Below the pieces are notes generated by a model, which saw only the letters and a list, made by a program, of their open reading frames with translations, did no database searches and was not told the DNA's origin. This document shows, in pieces, positions 10,104-24,292 of a stretch of DNA of 64,000 nt. The DNA comes from Podarcis erhardii (Eukaryota). The stretch is taken from the NCBI GenBank assembly GCA_964252035.1, contig OZ176210.1. One strand, written 5' to 3'. Numbering within the stretch: the stretch's first letter is position 1; the number at the start of each line of letters is the position of its first letter. A program made the translations under genes and the position numbers.

Positions 10104-12029
10104 GAATTATGGCCCTTCTGCAAGCTACATTCTGTACATGGTGGTGTAGGGTGGGTGTAACAAAGGAACACAGAACAGAGACTTCCTTAAAGCTTTGCTT
10201 CCATTCAAAGAAGGATTTACATCTCAAGGTTGGTTTCGATGTCAACAGAGAAAGGGGGCTAGTCGCAGTATTTTAGGCACAGCTCTGCCAATAACCCCAC
10301 ATATCTATATAACATAGATTGAATACAAATTCCTGTCTCCATGTTCACATCCACCAAACGCAACATGCCACACTTATACTTCTAGTGCAAGGAATACTTC
10401 TTGTAGAACTGCTCTGATCACTTGGCAACTAATGTGGCAAATCTAGGGATGTGATACTCTAGGTGAAGATGTTTTCCAAATCAAGTCAATCTTATTGCCA
10501 TCTAAGTCTTGCCCAGAAGGTCACACTCATAAAATTACTAGTGCTAGGTGAAGACTACAAGCAAACTCACGCACAGCAATCCAAAACCCCAATCTGTGGT
10601 GCTAAGGAGTCAGAGGTGCATCTCCACCTGGGCTCACTGGCAGGAGAGCTCTGATTTTGTGGAGCTCCTTAAAGTACCTGTCCAAACTGCAGGAAGGTGG
10701 AAGCTACTGCTGTTGGCATCACAGGTGGCAAACAGCAAAACACCCCTCTGAATGGAAATGTGGAACAAGAAAGGACTCTGGCTGAGCTAAGGAACTTAAA
10801 GGGGTAGAAAAGAATTTCCAGTATGTTTCCACTCTAGGTCCTGACCAGACCTACCTAGCTTCAGCAAGGTTCCTTCCAGGACCTCTACACATTTTTAGGT
10901 AGTGCGCGAATTCTAAATGTGGTGCAGTCACATGTATCTAAATCCATGGTGCAGTCACAACACATGTATCCTAAATACTTCAATGAAAAGAGCAAAAATA
11001 CATATCGCACACACAACTACCCGCCCTGTAACAACTTCCTAAAATATTTAAATTAGGTGTGGAAAGTCTTCAGGTGAAGAATAAGTAGATGCTACCAAGT
11101 TTCAGTTTCTATTGCTCTGCATCAGTATAACCAGCGAAAAGTACTGTATGTTTATTTCCAAGTCTTGTAAACTGGTTAGGTTAAAAAAAAATCATTCTGA
11201 ATAATTTCTCCCACTTGCCAAGATTAAATGGGGACTATTTTGGAAGTGCAATTAAATGCCATTTAAGTACACAAATACACATGAGAGGTGCTCCAAAAGT
11301 TTGATTGATGCTCTCAGTCCTTTGGACTATTTTAATCTCATCTTTAAGTTTTCATAATATGCATTTAGTACCAGTAACACCACCACTTATGACGTGCTCT
11401 GGTTTGGAATATCAAGCTATACAGCATGCTTAAAATATGAACCTGCATTATAACAAAATACCATCTGGTAAGGAATCAGCTTAAGTCTTGCTAGACAAGA
11501 CACATGTGCTGGAGGCCTATTTCACATACTATGTGTGCAAGTACGTACAACAATGTTCCCACCACTCATTTAGGTTTAATCAATTGCAACATGTTACCTT
11601 CCCAAGGCAGACATGGGGTACTGACAAGTTGCTCCAAGGTTTTCAGTAATATTTGTGTCTTCCTCTGAAGCAGGTGTTGGCTTGCTTCAGACTATACTGG
11701 AAACCCCTGTTTCCCCTCATGTGAATGTAATGTGGCCAGCCTTGGGCTTGTGCACTCATCCCCTCTCCTGCTCCCTCATGTGTGATAGGAACAGACTGAA
11801 GGCCTTTGCTTTTGAATGGCAGTTCTTCATCAGAACACACCTCAGTTTTGAATCTGAGCATAACCATGAAGAGTAAAACCAGGATCACAATATACCATAA
11901 TTCCAAGTTTGGATGCAAACTGTGGTCACTAGTTTAGAAGTCAAAGCTTTTGGACTGCTCCCATGTGAAGTGAGAGGGGTGACTGCATGAGGCTTGACAA
12001 AATACATCCAACAATATTAACTTTCCCCA

Positions 12030-12135
12030 ATAATAATAATAATAAACAATAATTTTATTATTATTTGTACCCCGCCAATCTGACTCGGTTGCCCCAGTCA
12101 CTCTGGGCAGCTTCCAGCATATACAGAAACATTTT
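12030..12135 (-). mobile_element. L2-type 3' tail fragment with (TAA)n/(TTA)n
   Basis: gtaccccgccaatctg...ccccagtcactctgggcagcttccagca is the reverse complement of the L2 tail. Confidence 0.75.
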
Positions 12136-13649
12136 AGGAAAGTGTTTCTTTCTGCAGGAACTCCAAGAGAACTGAAGAACTGAGGCAGCAACTCCCACAG
12201 GATATCAGCAATGTCTCCTATATTTAACGGGGGAAATCAATGAGCAATTGCTGCAAGGAGAATGCCAATCTGATGGAACACTGATTTGAGAACACTGCTG
12301 AGCAGTAAAAATAAAATAAACTACTTGTGAAACTTGGGGAAACTGTGGTTATTTTGTAGCATAAAAGGCCAAAACTCAACCAAGCAAAGATTCTTTCACA
12401 AACTAGTTTATAATCCATTTCTGCCTCAGATAAGCATAGGCATGCTCTGAACATCTCGCAGTCATTAATTACAACAGCCATTTGATTCTGGATCCATACT
12501 TTTATTTTTTAAAAGCTTTTCTTGTTGATACACATGTCCAAGAGGAGGGGGAGAATAAAATGTTTGTTTTGAAATACAATACTTGTGTGATGTTTCCTCA
12601 CTCTTAAAATAAGAGGAAGGCTAGAAGAGATAATGAAAATCAGAGATCACACACACACATAAATATCTGATCCTGTAATCTAAGTGTTGACAAGTTGTTG
12701 GGCTCCATCACTCCACCAAGCATAGATATTCCTCTTACAGATTCTTCTGCTTGACTGCTCTCAACAGATAAAGCATCAGAGATTTAATTTAACAGTTTCA
12801 GCTTTATTAAGCTGTCACAAGAGCAGCCCCACTTTGATAACAGTAGCTCCACCAATTATGGCTTGGTTTAGGGTTGACAAGTATAATGATTTATTCGTGG
12901 CACATGAGAAGCAATAAGAGATTGTTTTGTATTACAACTTTTTTCAAAAAAAATTTGGACACTTTTTTTCATTTAATTTGTCACTTAGCTTTTGCTAAGA
13001 GGACATTTAAATTGCCATTAAAAGGCAAATAGGGCTTTTAGTTTAAAAACGTAACACCCCCCCCCCAATATTTAAATGATCGGTAATAGTGCAGCGTTCA
13101 AGTGGGAGCGCTTTTGTCTCTCGGCGGATCTCGATGGCAACTTGTGACATTTGTATTCAGGCCCTGTATTATCCATGTGGCTAAAGGGCTTCCAATTTCA
13201 TATCACAGCCAGGAGCCTGCAGAAAACACCAATTAACTTGCAGATCCCATTTGCTGACAAAACTCAGCCTCTTCTCTATGTCTAGCATCTGACAGTCCTC
13301 AGCATTTAATTCCAAAGCACAGCCCTGCAGCAATGTGATCCATACGCAGGGGTACAAAGTCAAATCTCTCCCAACCCCCCAATAAACAAAATGTTTTTTC
13401 ATTTGGTCAGCCCCAAAACTACTCGGCCCTAATTTTCTGACAAATGACTATTAGAGTTGTTGCAAATTTCAAGCTCCAGAGATGCAGTGAAAGAGAAAGG
13501 TCCCATACTCCACCCACACCCCGGGAAGGGGAGAGATTGACCAGCTAACAGCCAGAAACAGGCACTAGAAAATAAGTAACATGCACACCACCCCTAATTC
13601 CCCCACTTTCGGGGAAAGAGTGATTCAGAATAGACCAAGTATAAAAAGA

Positions 13650-13980
13650 GGGACGCGGCTGGCGCTGTGGGTTAAAAAACTGAGCCTAGGGCTTACCGAT
13701 CAGAAGGTTGGCGGTTCGAATCCCCGCGACAGGGTGAGCTCCCGTTGCTCAGTCCCTGCTCCTGCCAACCTAGCAGTTCGAAAGCACGTCAAAGTGCTCC
13801 GGTGGGAAGGTAAACAGCGTTTCCATGCGCTGCTCTAGTTCACCAGAAGTGGCCTAGTCATGCTGGCCACATGACCCGGAAGCTGTACGCCGGCTGTCTC
13901 GGCCAATAAAGCGAGATGAGCGCCACAAACCCCAAGTCGGTCATGACTGGACACAATGGTCAGGGGTCCCTTTACCTTTA
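13650..13980 (+). mobile_element. Sauria SINE (Squam1), near full length
   Basis: gggacgcg..ggcgctgtgggttaaa head, box B ggttcgaatcc, and BovB-related 3' end ending ccctttaccttta. The short direct repeat taaaaagag lies on both sides. Confidence 0.93.
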
Positions 13981-14062
13981 AAAAGAGTTATCACTTCTTG
14001 ATATTTTGGCTTCTTGCCAACTGACAGGTTGGCAATATGAGCTCAGTCTCCTTGCTCCAGTA

Positions 14063-14304
14063 CAGTGGTACCTCGGGTTACATACGCTTCAGGTTACATA
14101 CGCTTCAGGTTACAGACTCCGCTAACCCAGAAATAGTGCTTCAGGTTAAGAACTTAGCTTCAGGATGAGAACAGAAATCGGGCTCCGGCAGCGCGGCGGC
14201 AGCAGGAGGCCTCATTAGCTAAAGTGGTGTTTCAGGTTAAGAACAGTTTCAGGTTAAGAACGGACCTCCGGAACGAATTAAGTACTTAACCCGAGGTACC
14301 ACTG
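14063..14304 (+). mobile_element. Tc1/mariner (Tigger-like) MITE, complete
   Basis: TIRs cagtggtacctcgggtta...taacccgaggtaccactg with a TA target duplication on both sides. Confidence 0.93.
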
Positions 14305-15607
14305 TATAAGGATAGTTGTATAAACTGCTTTCCAAAACCATGTTCAGTCACAGGGTGGTCTTAAAAATATTTAGTTGGCACAGTGACTACATACACCAGG
14401 CAAAATCCTGCAAACAGTAAACTTACTGTTAAAACTCTGAATCAATCCTAGTTGAATCTTAGGTGTGAACAACTACTGTATTTGTAATTACAGATGTGGT
14501 CAAATGTTTGCTTTGTAAGGGAGAGCTGACCCATATCACAGTCTATTGTGTAAATGTGTGATGTCAATTCTGGGAAATGTGGATTTCAAAATAATCACCA
14601 CCACTTCCCCTTGGTTAGTTTTTGCTTGTTTGATGCATCTTTCAAATGTAAATGAACATCTCTTGCAAAACAAGGACACTTTCCCTTATCTTAATGGGCC
14701 ATCCTGTCAGCTAGACCTTTTTGGCCTTTGAAAGGATCCTAACTGGGGAAGTTCTTTGTAGTCACTATTAGCATACTAAGTGAAGTGTAGTATTCAAAGG
14801 AAGTACTGTCTGCTTCCCACCTGAATTTGGGATTCTTGCTGGTGTTGGGTAGATCTCAATTAGCATCTAAAGTTAGCTCAGCCTTCCAGAAAAGTTCTAG
14901 AAAGGAAATCCCTCTTTTTAAAAAGCATCCTCATTAAAAGGTAGCTTGCTCCAGATTGGGGGGGGGGGACATTAGCCGAATCTGTGGGATGAGAGGAATT
15001 TCTTTCCATCTTTCAGCTGAAGATACACTTCTCAAAGCCAAAGTTAAGACTCTAGGTTTGGCCTGTGAACCATACAGGTATGAGCCTGGTTATAGATGTA
15101 AACTTTCCTTTTTGCTGTCTGGAAGACACCAAAGAGCATTGACAATTTTAGCAATCTGTACTTATCACAACGAAAACCTTTGTTTTAAAAAGCTGGAGGG
15201 TGATATATGTAGTGGGTTCAGGGAGAAGGGTGGGGAGGCTTTAGAAGTGCCTAGAGTAATCAGATCTTTTCCAAGGAGAAGCCCTCCTCAGGAACTCTTC
15301 TGAGGGCAGCTGTCACTTTGAAGCCGGATAGTCTAACATCTAGGAACTGGTGGCAGCTAAATTGAACTGAGGCACAGCCTGGAAGAGCAACTTTTAATGG
15401 AACGCACATGTCCTTGTGCAAGAGGGGTTAAGTAAACCTTCTCAGATGAGCCTTTCCACTGCACTGGCTCACAAACAGGATAACTAAAATATAATTGATG
15501 CACACTCTCTCTCTCTATATAGATATATATAATCAGCAAAACAAACAAACTTCTGCAAACTTCCTACTGAATTTAAGGAAAGTTTGTGCTAGCTTTTCCA
15601 AATCTGA

Positions 15608-15821
15608 TTGGAAAATCACTTGTAGTTTAATGGTGAACTTTGGACACAATGGAGATGTAAAAGATTTGGATTATCATAAAAGATGCAAGAGGAAATTATT
15701 AACCAGGGTAAGGGGAGAAGTCCAAGAGATTCCTTGGAATCTTGTTTTTATGTTGTATGTTTGATATATGGCTAAAATTTTAATCTGAAAAACCAAAGTA
15801 TTATTATTATTATTATTATTA
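15608..15821 (+). mobile_element. Short retroposed insert with (ATT)n tail and 17-bp TSD, family unknown
   Basis: Direct repeats agcttttccaaatctga at 15591-15607 and 15822-15838. The tail is tattattattattattattatta. Confidence 0.7.
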
Positions 15822-17147
15822 AGCTTTTCCAAATCTGACTTGCTTCCAAACTGGGCTAAAGAAGAATTAGTTGACATTGGATGAATACTTCATTTGCCAC
15901 CTGCTCATCTCCTTACCTCTGGGTTGCTATTGGCAATGTTTAGTGGGATTTCCAGCTGCGGGTTCACTTCAGCCCTTGAGGTATGTGGGATCAGTGCACT
16001 CTGCCACCCTAGTAACTGAAACAGGCTCCCCCCCGCCCGCCCCGCATGCACTTACTACATGGGCTTGAATTGACAATTTCAAATTCAGGGGTAACAGGCA
16101 ATTTCATGGGAGGACTAGCCCTATACTAAATTATTAAAACTTTGATTAAGTATGCATTACTCAGCTGAGCATCTAGGACTGCTGTGGGAAAACTGTAGCT
16201 GGCCAGTGGGCTGGATCCTGACATCTCCCAAGCCCCTGTGGCCACTCTGATAGAAGTCATGGACTGGTTGAATGCAGAGGAATGGTGGGAGGAACCAGCT
16301 GGGGAACCTCCAAGGGAAGAAGGCTCAGAGTCCAACACTGTGTTGCTTCAGTTTTTGGAAAATGAGAAACACACCGACCAAACAACCTTTATCGCTTAAG
16401 GACAGACACTTCAACTGACCCTGGCACAACCTTTCTTTTCAGATGAGAATGTAAACCACATAATAAGGGAACAACTATATTGAGGGCTGTGTATCTGGAC
16501 AACTATTTTGAGGATTGCATTTACAGATTTGAGAGATGATTTTGGGCATGATTACATTAAATTAATATACAGATTGTCCAACTGAGTTTTGTCGTACTCA
16601 TACCCAGGCCTTTACCAGCTTCAGGCAATTTTGCCACATAGGACACAGAAGGAAGGAGAAACATAGCTGGCTATCATCTGCTACTGGACAGAGCTTCAGA
16701 CCCCAAGTGACCTCATGTAGTTATTAACTAACACTAGAGATAAGATGGAAGTCCACAACACAACTGGAGCAGTACTCCCAGCACAAACTGAAACAGCCCT
16801 ACTTGGCAGAAGTGGAGCCAGTGCAGAATGGTATGTTCTACTCCTAACCTACACAAGCAGTCCAGAAGGCCACCGTGGTTGATGGCACTGAAAACCATCA
16901 AGAGAATCCAACAGGATTCCCTACTATTCTACAAGTGTGGCCTGTTCAGGGCGATCAGAGTAATTTCTATCCTGAAACTAGGTTTGAAATGGATTTAGAT
17001 TATCAGTTTCATCCAAATATGCCTGCTTATAGCCATATTTACCAAAAATAAGTTTGCGAGAAGACATTTCTTTGATAGATTGCACTGCCGCGGTAGTGAA
17101 GGGCTCATATTAACCAACACAGAATCCAATAGCCTCTCCTGCCAAAC

Positions 17148-17290
17148 TTACATTAGGCAGGATGGGCATGGGTCAAATGAGCAAGCAGTAATGTCAACAG
17201 CTCCAAACACTTGATCCACATCATGAGGCAACAACAACTGAAATTCATCCAATAAATCTGAAGACATTTCTGCTCTAATTCCTGCTACTA
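17148..17290 (-). mobile_element. L2 ORF2 internal fragment
   Basis: Peptide LLDEFQLLLPHDVDQVFGAVDITACSFDPCPSCLM contains the L2-typical TC.LDPCPSW.I motif. Confidence 0.75.
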
Positions 17291-19195
17291 AAGTGGAATG
17301 CAAGAAAGAATGATTTGAGTTATTTGATCTACAAAGCACTCTGCAAAACAGTTCCCAGCCCACCACTGAAGGTTCTAAAGCCCCATAAAAACACACATTA
17401 TACTGGAGCAATGCCTTCACCACTCCGTAGCTGTGCAATCTCCAGCAGACATTTTTGGAACGCGCTCTCAGTGAGGGCAGAGAAAGATCACTGTCATAGC
17501 ACAAGCCTTCAAACTGGCCCCAATCCATGTTCAGTCAAGACTGGCCATTTATCCAGTACTTACTGATTTTATTTCATAAAATGTATACACCTCTTGATTG
17601 TAAAACCAAACAAGCAAACCCTCAAAGCAGTTTGCACATTTGTACTCTAAGAGATGACTCTTTGCCCTCACTTCCCTGTACACATGTGGGCTCCGGAAAG
17701 AAGAGCCACTGTGTAAACTCCCCAAGTTTACTATTCAAAGAGCTTCAAAACAACAGTTTGCAGAGTTTGCTGAATTATCTCCTGGGGCTAGCGTAAAACC
17801 ATCCAGATCAATTTGCCTTTGAAAGTCTACTAACACTGAGGAGGTTACAGGGATATATGCTCTAACCTTAGCAAGGTAAGTAATCTGTTCTAAGTAAAGT
17901 CATTAGAGGCTTCCTCATACATGGATTCTCCTATCTTGTCTATTGCAGAACACAACATCCACATGGGGGACACAGCCATGGTTGCTATGAAATCCTGAGC
18001 AAGGCTTGCAAAGGCGACCCCAGAGTGACGCTGAAGCCCCCAAAGTCCTCAGTACCACACTTTCAGCTTCAAGTGTGACCATGCAAAATGGATTGCAGAA
18101 AGGAGATTGAACCCTTATAGACCACAGCAACCCTCTCCCTCCACTAACTACCCTACAACTGAGAATATCCAGCTGTCAGCTACCGGGTCCAAACTGCTCT
18201 CCCTTCTCATCCAGCCAGATCCCTATAACATGCACAGGGTCATTATTAAATATAGTTCGTCCAGAAGAATGCTGATGGAATGCGTCGCAAGGATTCCCTT
18301 ACTGATTGCTTGTCTACGCAGAAGATAAACTGAAATAGCTGCAGCTTGCAATTCGCACCTCTGGACCTTTCAGTGTTATATTCATTTCATACCGAGCAAT
18401 GTAAAAATATGGCACCCCTATTCCAAAATACATGACGCACCAAAATAACACTAGGTGTGAATTACAACCGTGGCAGTTATTTTAGTTCCAGTTTCCATTA
18501 AGGTAGATTAAGATACTCACAGCATATGGGCCCTTCTTTTTTTAAAAAAAGAAAATAAATACAGGCAGATTCCCAGCTTTGCATTCTTTTGATTTTCAAG
18601 CAGACAATCATACTTGTCCTGGGACAAACTTCAGTATGAAGTTCAGCTGCTATTACCAGCTGAAGCCAACAAGTACTACTATACTCTTCATTCCAAAGAT
18701 CATTTGTGCAAACTCAGCAGCTCTTAAATACACAAGGCCAGAGAGAGTTTGATTAAGGCGCTGAGCAAGTGGTCTAATTTGGAAAATGAACTACCACCAC
18801 CCAGATCACTTAACGGCGTTTTCATCTTCCTGCCTTCCTACTACCCCTCAAACCTAAGCATGGCACAAAAATGAGCCACATTATATTAAACAGCCCATGT
18901 AAACATACCCGCTTGACTAAACTGTGAACTCAGGGACCCGGGTGTACACTATACCATCTGTCAAGCTTAAACAGAGGGCCACACAATTTTCCGCACCAAA
19001 CGAAAACTGATTACTGAAGCAGTATGTCCTTTCATAGACATTTCAGAATTGAGAGATAGGCAGACCTAAGCACAAAGGTAAACATTTACTATTAATAGCC
19101 TGCAAACCTAGCTTTTGTTAATACAATGGATTACTTATTACCTAGGAAGTGTTTACATTCCAGCTCTTACTATTAAACATGTCATGTAGTAGTTA

Positions 19196-19528
<333 letters not shown>

Positions 19529-20294
19529 CTAGGATAGAAAATATCAAAGCAACAGAAACAAAATCATAGGTTAGGTGCCCAAAATAAAACATGCTATCCT
19601 CTGAAAATGGAAAAAAGAGGGGAGGGAGAAATTGGAAGCAAATCACAAAGAGTAAAATGAAGAACTAATGGAGATAAAGGTCACTGGAAGTATGAGTTTA
19701 GTTATGGAACAGCAGATACTGTTGATTTGTAGCAACTGAGAGGAAAAGTTGTAATCCAACTTAGAAGTATGCAATGTACTGGAAAGTAGGCAATTATAAA
19801 AGGCAACTTTGAGTGTTGAAAATATAAGGAGCCACTTTCTTATATCTCATACTGAGATAGGGGTAATTGTGTTCTCTTATGGAGTTTTCAATGTGATCAT
19901 CCTCTAGATTCAAAGTTTTGACTCTCAAATTACACAAAAAGAAGGCCAATGACAGGGAAACGAATTTGTTTTTAACATGATAGCAGCATACCTAACATTA
20001 CTGGAAATGAACAAAATATGCCAAATGTGGAAGGAATACAATATTCATATACAGTGTTATGAGCCGCCACCATCACATCAAATACAGAATTAATACACAT
20101 GGAAGGGGAATAGATAGATGGTACTAATAAGCTGCACTGATGAATGTGCAGAATACAAAAAAACTTCTCACATTAAAGTATGAACATTCATGCTTATATT
20201 CACATACAAACTAATTTTTCTTTGTGCAATTATGCTACCTAGATAGTAATGCATGAGCAAATGTACACAGAATCATAGAATGAGCAAATGTACA

Positions 20295-20670
20295 TAGAAT
20301 AATAGAATTGCAGAGTTGGAAGGGATCCCAAGAGTCATCTAATCAAACCCCCTGCAACGAAGGAATCTGAATTGAAGCATCAGTAACAGATAGCCAGCCA
20401 ACCTCTGCTTAAAAACCTCCAAGGAAAGAGAGTCTACCACCTCTCATGGGAGTCTATTCCACTGTCAAACAGCTCTTCCTGTCAGAAAGTTCTTCCTGAT
20501 GTTTAGTCAGAATCTCCTTTCTTGTAACTTGAAGCCATTGGTTTGGGTCCTGGCCTCCAGAGAAGAAGAAGAAAAAAAGCTTGCTCCTTCTTACACGTGA
20601 CAGCCCTTTAGATATTTGAAGATGACGATCATTTCTCCTCTCAGTCTCCTCTTTTCCAGGCTAAACATAC
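20295..20670 (-). mobile_element. CR1 LINE 3' fragment
   Basis: (ATAGAATC)-type tail followed by gagttggaagggatccc..gtcatcta, and agaaagttcttcctgatgtttag, which are CR1 3' signatures. Confidence 0.85.
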
Positions 20671-20910
20671 ATCAACTGCTCCTAGTTTGGACTGCAATAT
20701 GTATTTTAATATGAAAAAGTACAGGAAATTAATCCTCATAATATTGGGAGGAAATTTGTGCTTTTTCATGCCATCTCAAAGGTACCATGCATTGGAAGTA
20801 TCATTCTTTGAGACACATAATCAACACATCTTGTCCTCTTACAGCTTAAGTGCATCAGTGTCCCAAGTTTCCTTATGACATACAGTACTAGGGAAAGAAC
20901 ACTCTCGTGT

Positions 20911-20965
20911 GTTTTGTTTTGTTTTGTTTTGTTTTGTTTTGTTTTGTTTTGTTTTGTTTTGTTTT
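20911..20965. repeat. (GTTTT)11 microsatellite
   Basis: Seen directly. Confidence 0.98.
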
Positions 20966-22113
20966 ATACTCCCTACCCTCTCCTCCCACATTTGTCCTTT
21001 GGGTTCTGTATATTTTACAATCCATTTCAAATACTGGGTTGAAGGAGAAATAGGTGTCTTTGCAGGCTTCTGTCAGTCTGTTCAGTGTGACTGGTGCCCT
21101 GTTTCAGCTGCAAGGCACACACTGATCTGGGACAGGTCTGCTGCCTCCACTCTTGTCTTGACATTACATTATTCTAACACCAGCAACCTGCAGCTTTAAC
21201 TGCCTCTGCCCCAGTTCCATGCAAAGAATTGAGCTTAATTTCAGGCTCCTACTTGGCTCTTGACTCCTGACTTCAACATCTCAGTCTGGACTGAGTCAAC
21301 TATGCCAGCCTTTCAAGCAGATGACAAGTGTTCCAATTTTCTACCGTTAGTTTCTACTTGTGCCACATTTCTAAACCTTAGTGCAGAAAAAAATACGATG
21401 TTCCTGTATAAACCTGTTAATAAAAGCATGGAACAGCATGCAAATGTCTGTTAAGATGGCCACCAAAGACTCGTCCATGCAGCTGTCGCACTTAGGCCGT
21501 TGGCAACACAGTGACCTGGGGGGGAGAACTCCCATCTTCCTTAGCCCAGCTCAAAACCTTCCCATTACCTGGAGAGTGAGAGCTAGCATGGGTTGGCCTG
21601 GACTATCGTCTTCAACACCAACTACCTCAAACATCCAGAACAAACAAACAAAAGCCAGTCTCGTAAATGATTCCGCTTTCATACTAAAACTTCTCACTTG
21701 AATGTACTAATTCTTCAGTGCAAGCTCAAAACATGTGGAAAGTCATGAGTCAGGCTTCAAAGCTGCAAGCTTCTAAAAAAATATTTGTGGGGTGCACTGC
21801 ATGTCTTTCTTTGAGTCCTAAAAACACATCACAGCCACATTTTCCTAGCAACAAAGAGCGTTGGATTTATTTTTGAAAGCCCTTGTATTCCCCATTTAGC
21901 AGTTGGGGGCTTTACATATACTGACACCAAAACCACTGGTAGCCTGAAAAACAACTGATTTTAAGTCACATTGACTTGCACTCCTCCACAGGAGACCACT
22001 TAGTAGTAATACCAAACAGTGTTCCAATAAGCAAACAGGGACATCATTAAGGAAGAAGCAAGCCAATTGAAAGGGCCTACTTGAAAACAGGCGGTGTGTG
22101 GATGGAGCATTCA

Positions 22114-22314
<201 letters not shown>

Positions 22315-22321
22315 TTACATA

Positions 22322-22352
<31 letters not shown>

Positions 22353-22579
22353 GAAGAAAGGAGTGGTATTCTTGGTGCATGGGGATCAAGCTGTTCACAT
22401 TCAAAATATGGTGAAGTTATGAATGATTTCTTATTATAATCTCTGTTGTGGTTGCAGTCATGGGTGCTGAATTCTAGCTACTGCCTCTATACAATCAGGC
22501 CACTGTACACAGACATAGTGACTTTTAACACACCAAGTGACTGGAGAGGCGTGTTTAAAAGAAAAAGAAAAAGTAAATC

Positions 22580-22702
22580 ATATAATATTTTATTGAATTT
22601 TACAAGAAAAAAAACAAAAAAGAATTTAACAATCCAACATAAAAATCTACAAATATTACAAAGGAAATATTTTCTTGTAAAATTCAATAAAATATTATAT
22701 AC
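22580..22702. repeat. Fold-back insert: 31-bp perfect inverted repeat inside 14-bp direct repeats
   Basis: 22580-22610 is the exact reverse complement of 22670-22700. gaaaaagtaaatca occurs at 22567-22580 and 22703-22716. Confidence 0.9.
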
Positions 22703-23394
22703 GAAAAAGTAAATCAGCCTGCCTGCATGCAACCTCAGAACACAGAGCCAATGTTTTAAAAAGGTGAACACATGCAACAGCCTGATATAGAACAACTGTA
22801 CAGGGTCACTGCTTGAGTTACGTGCTTTGCAGGTTCAGCCTCCAGAATCTCCAGAAAGGTCTTTCAAGTCTAAGAAAGGTCTATGCCCAAGATCTTAGAG
22901 AGCCAGTGGTATGACTCTGTATAAGATCACCACCTTATATTTGTTATGCTTGATATGGATTAACAGCTGGGATACTGGCAAACACTGAAAAAGCCAAAGA
23001 AAACATGCATAGTCTCTTTTCTTAGTTAAAATGGATTTGCAAGTTAAAGGGTCTTTTCACAGCCAGTAATCACCCTCATTAAGCACACACTTGGACAAAG
23101 AGCCTTTCATAGTATTGATCAGACATTGGACACACCATTTATATGGATACACCTCTCACCAACATTTTATGTAGCCATATTTATAGTCCCCTTTCCCCCA
23201 AGGACCTTCCCCCTTTTCAATCTCAATTTTTTTAGGTCTTTAAAAAACCTTTTGTACTGTTCTTGTTCTTTTCTGGTTTTAAACCTGGATTTATCCTGCT
23301 GCTAATTTTATTCTGTTTTTGATTTTACACTTACATTTTATTGCCTTTTTAAAGAACAAATCTATAATACTGTAATCAAAACACTATGTGTTGT

Positions 23395-23530
23395 TCTTCC
23401 CCATGTATCCTCACAACCAACCTACAAGAGGCTGAGAATTGCCCAAGGCCACCCAATGAGTGGTATGGCCAAGTGGGGATTTGAACATGGATCCCTCTGG
23501 CCTTAGTCCAAACAACACTCTCTACCTCAC
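23395..23530 (-). mobile_element. Old MIR/CORE-type SINE fragment
   Basis: cctcacaac..gcccaaggccaccca..ggggatttgaac..tagtcc resembles the younger copy at 61381-61623. Confidence 0.55.
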
Positions 23531-23952
23531 AGGCCAAAAGCCACATTCAAGTGTAAGCTACTAGTACCAATTTTTTTAAAAAAACAAAAACCTGGATATT
23601 TTAAGCACAGTGTTCCAACCATTTGCACTACATATCTGTCGTAATTTGGCAGACAACTGTGGCACTCGCTTCGAAACTCACTGAAGAGTTTCAAAGGCCA
23701 GATGTCACCAGAAACCCTAAGAGGACCAAACACTTGAGACTTCAAGACAGTTCTTGTCCCTCTTCATATATGAAAATGAAACTAGGCTTTCTCCAAACAA
23801 CGTAGTCAGCACCCATTTCAAACACGGTAACAATTCCTGCTTAAGGCTTTATAGAAAGTTTTCCCAATTAACTGCCTTCAGAATCAAACAAGCGCATCTA
23901 AAGGCATAATCAAACTTGTTTAAAAGTTCTCTCCACTTTTGTGGCATTGGAA

Positions 23953-24292
23953 GGGACGCGGGTTGCGCTGTGGGTTAAACCACAGAGCCTAGGACTTGCT
24001 GATCAGAAGGTCAGTGGTTCGAATCCCCACGACGGGGTGAGTTCCCGTTCCTTGGTCCCTGCTCCTGCCAACCTAGCAGTTTGAAAGCAAGTAGATAAAT
24101 AGGTTCCCGCTCCGGCGGGAAGGTAAATGGCGTTTTTGTGCGCTGCTCTGGTTCACCAGAAGCGGCTTAGTCATGCTGGCCACATAACCTGGAAGCTGTA
24201 CACTGGCTCCCTGGGCCAATAAAGCAAGATGAGCGACGCAACCCCAGAGTCGGTCACGACTGGACCTAATGGTCAGGGGTCCCTTTACCTTT
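23953..24292 (+). mobile_element. Sauria SINE flanked by an 83-bp direct duplication
   Basis: Same consensus as the other copies. Flanks 23866-23948 and 24293-24375 match at 77 of 83 positions. Confidence 0.93.

Noticed and set aside
9826-10245. ORFs spanning the N run
   Set aside because: Artefacts of undefined bases.
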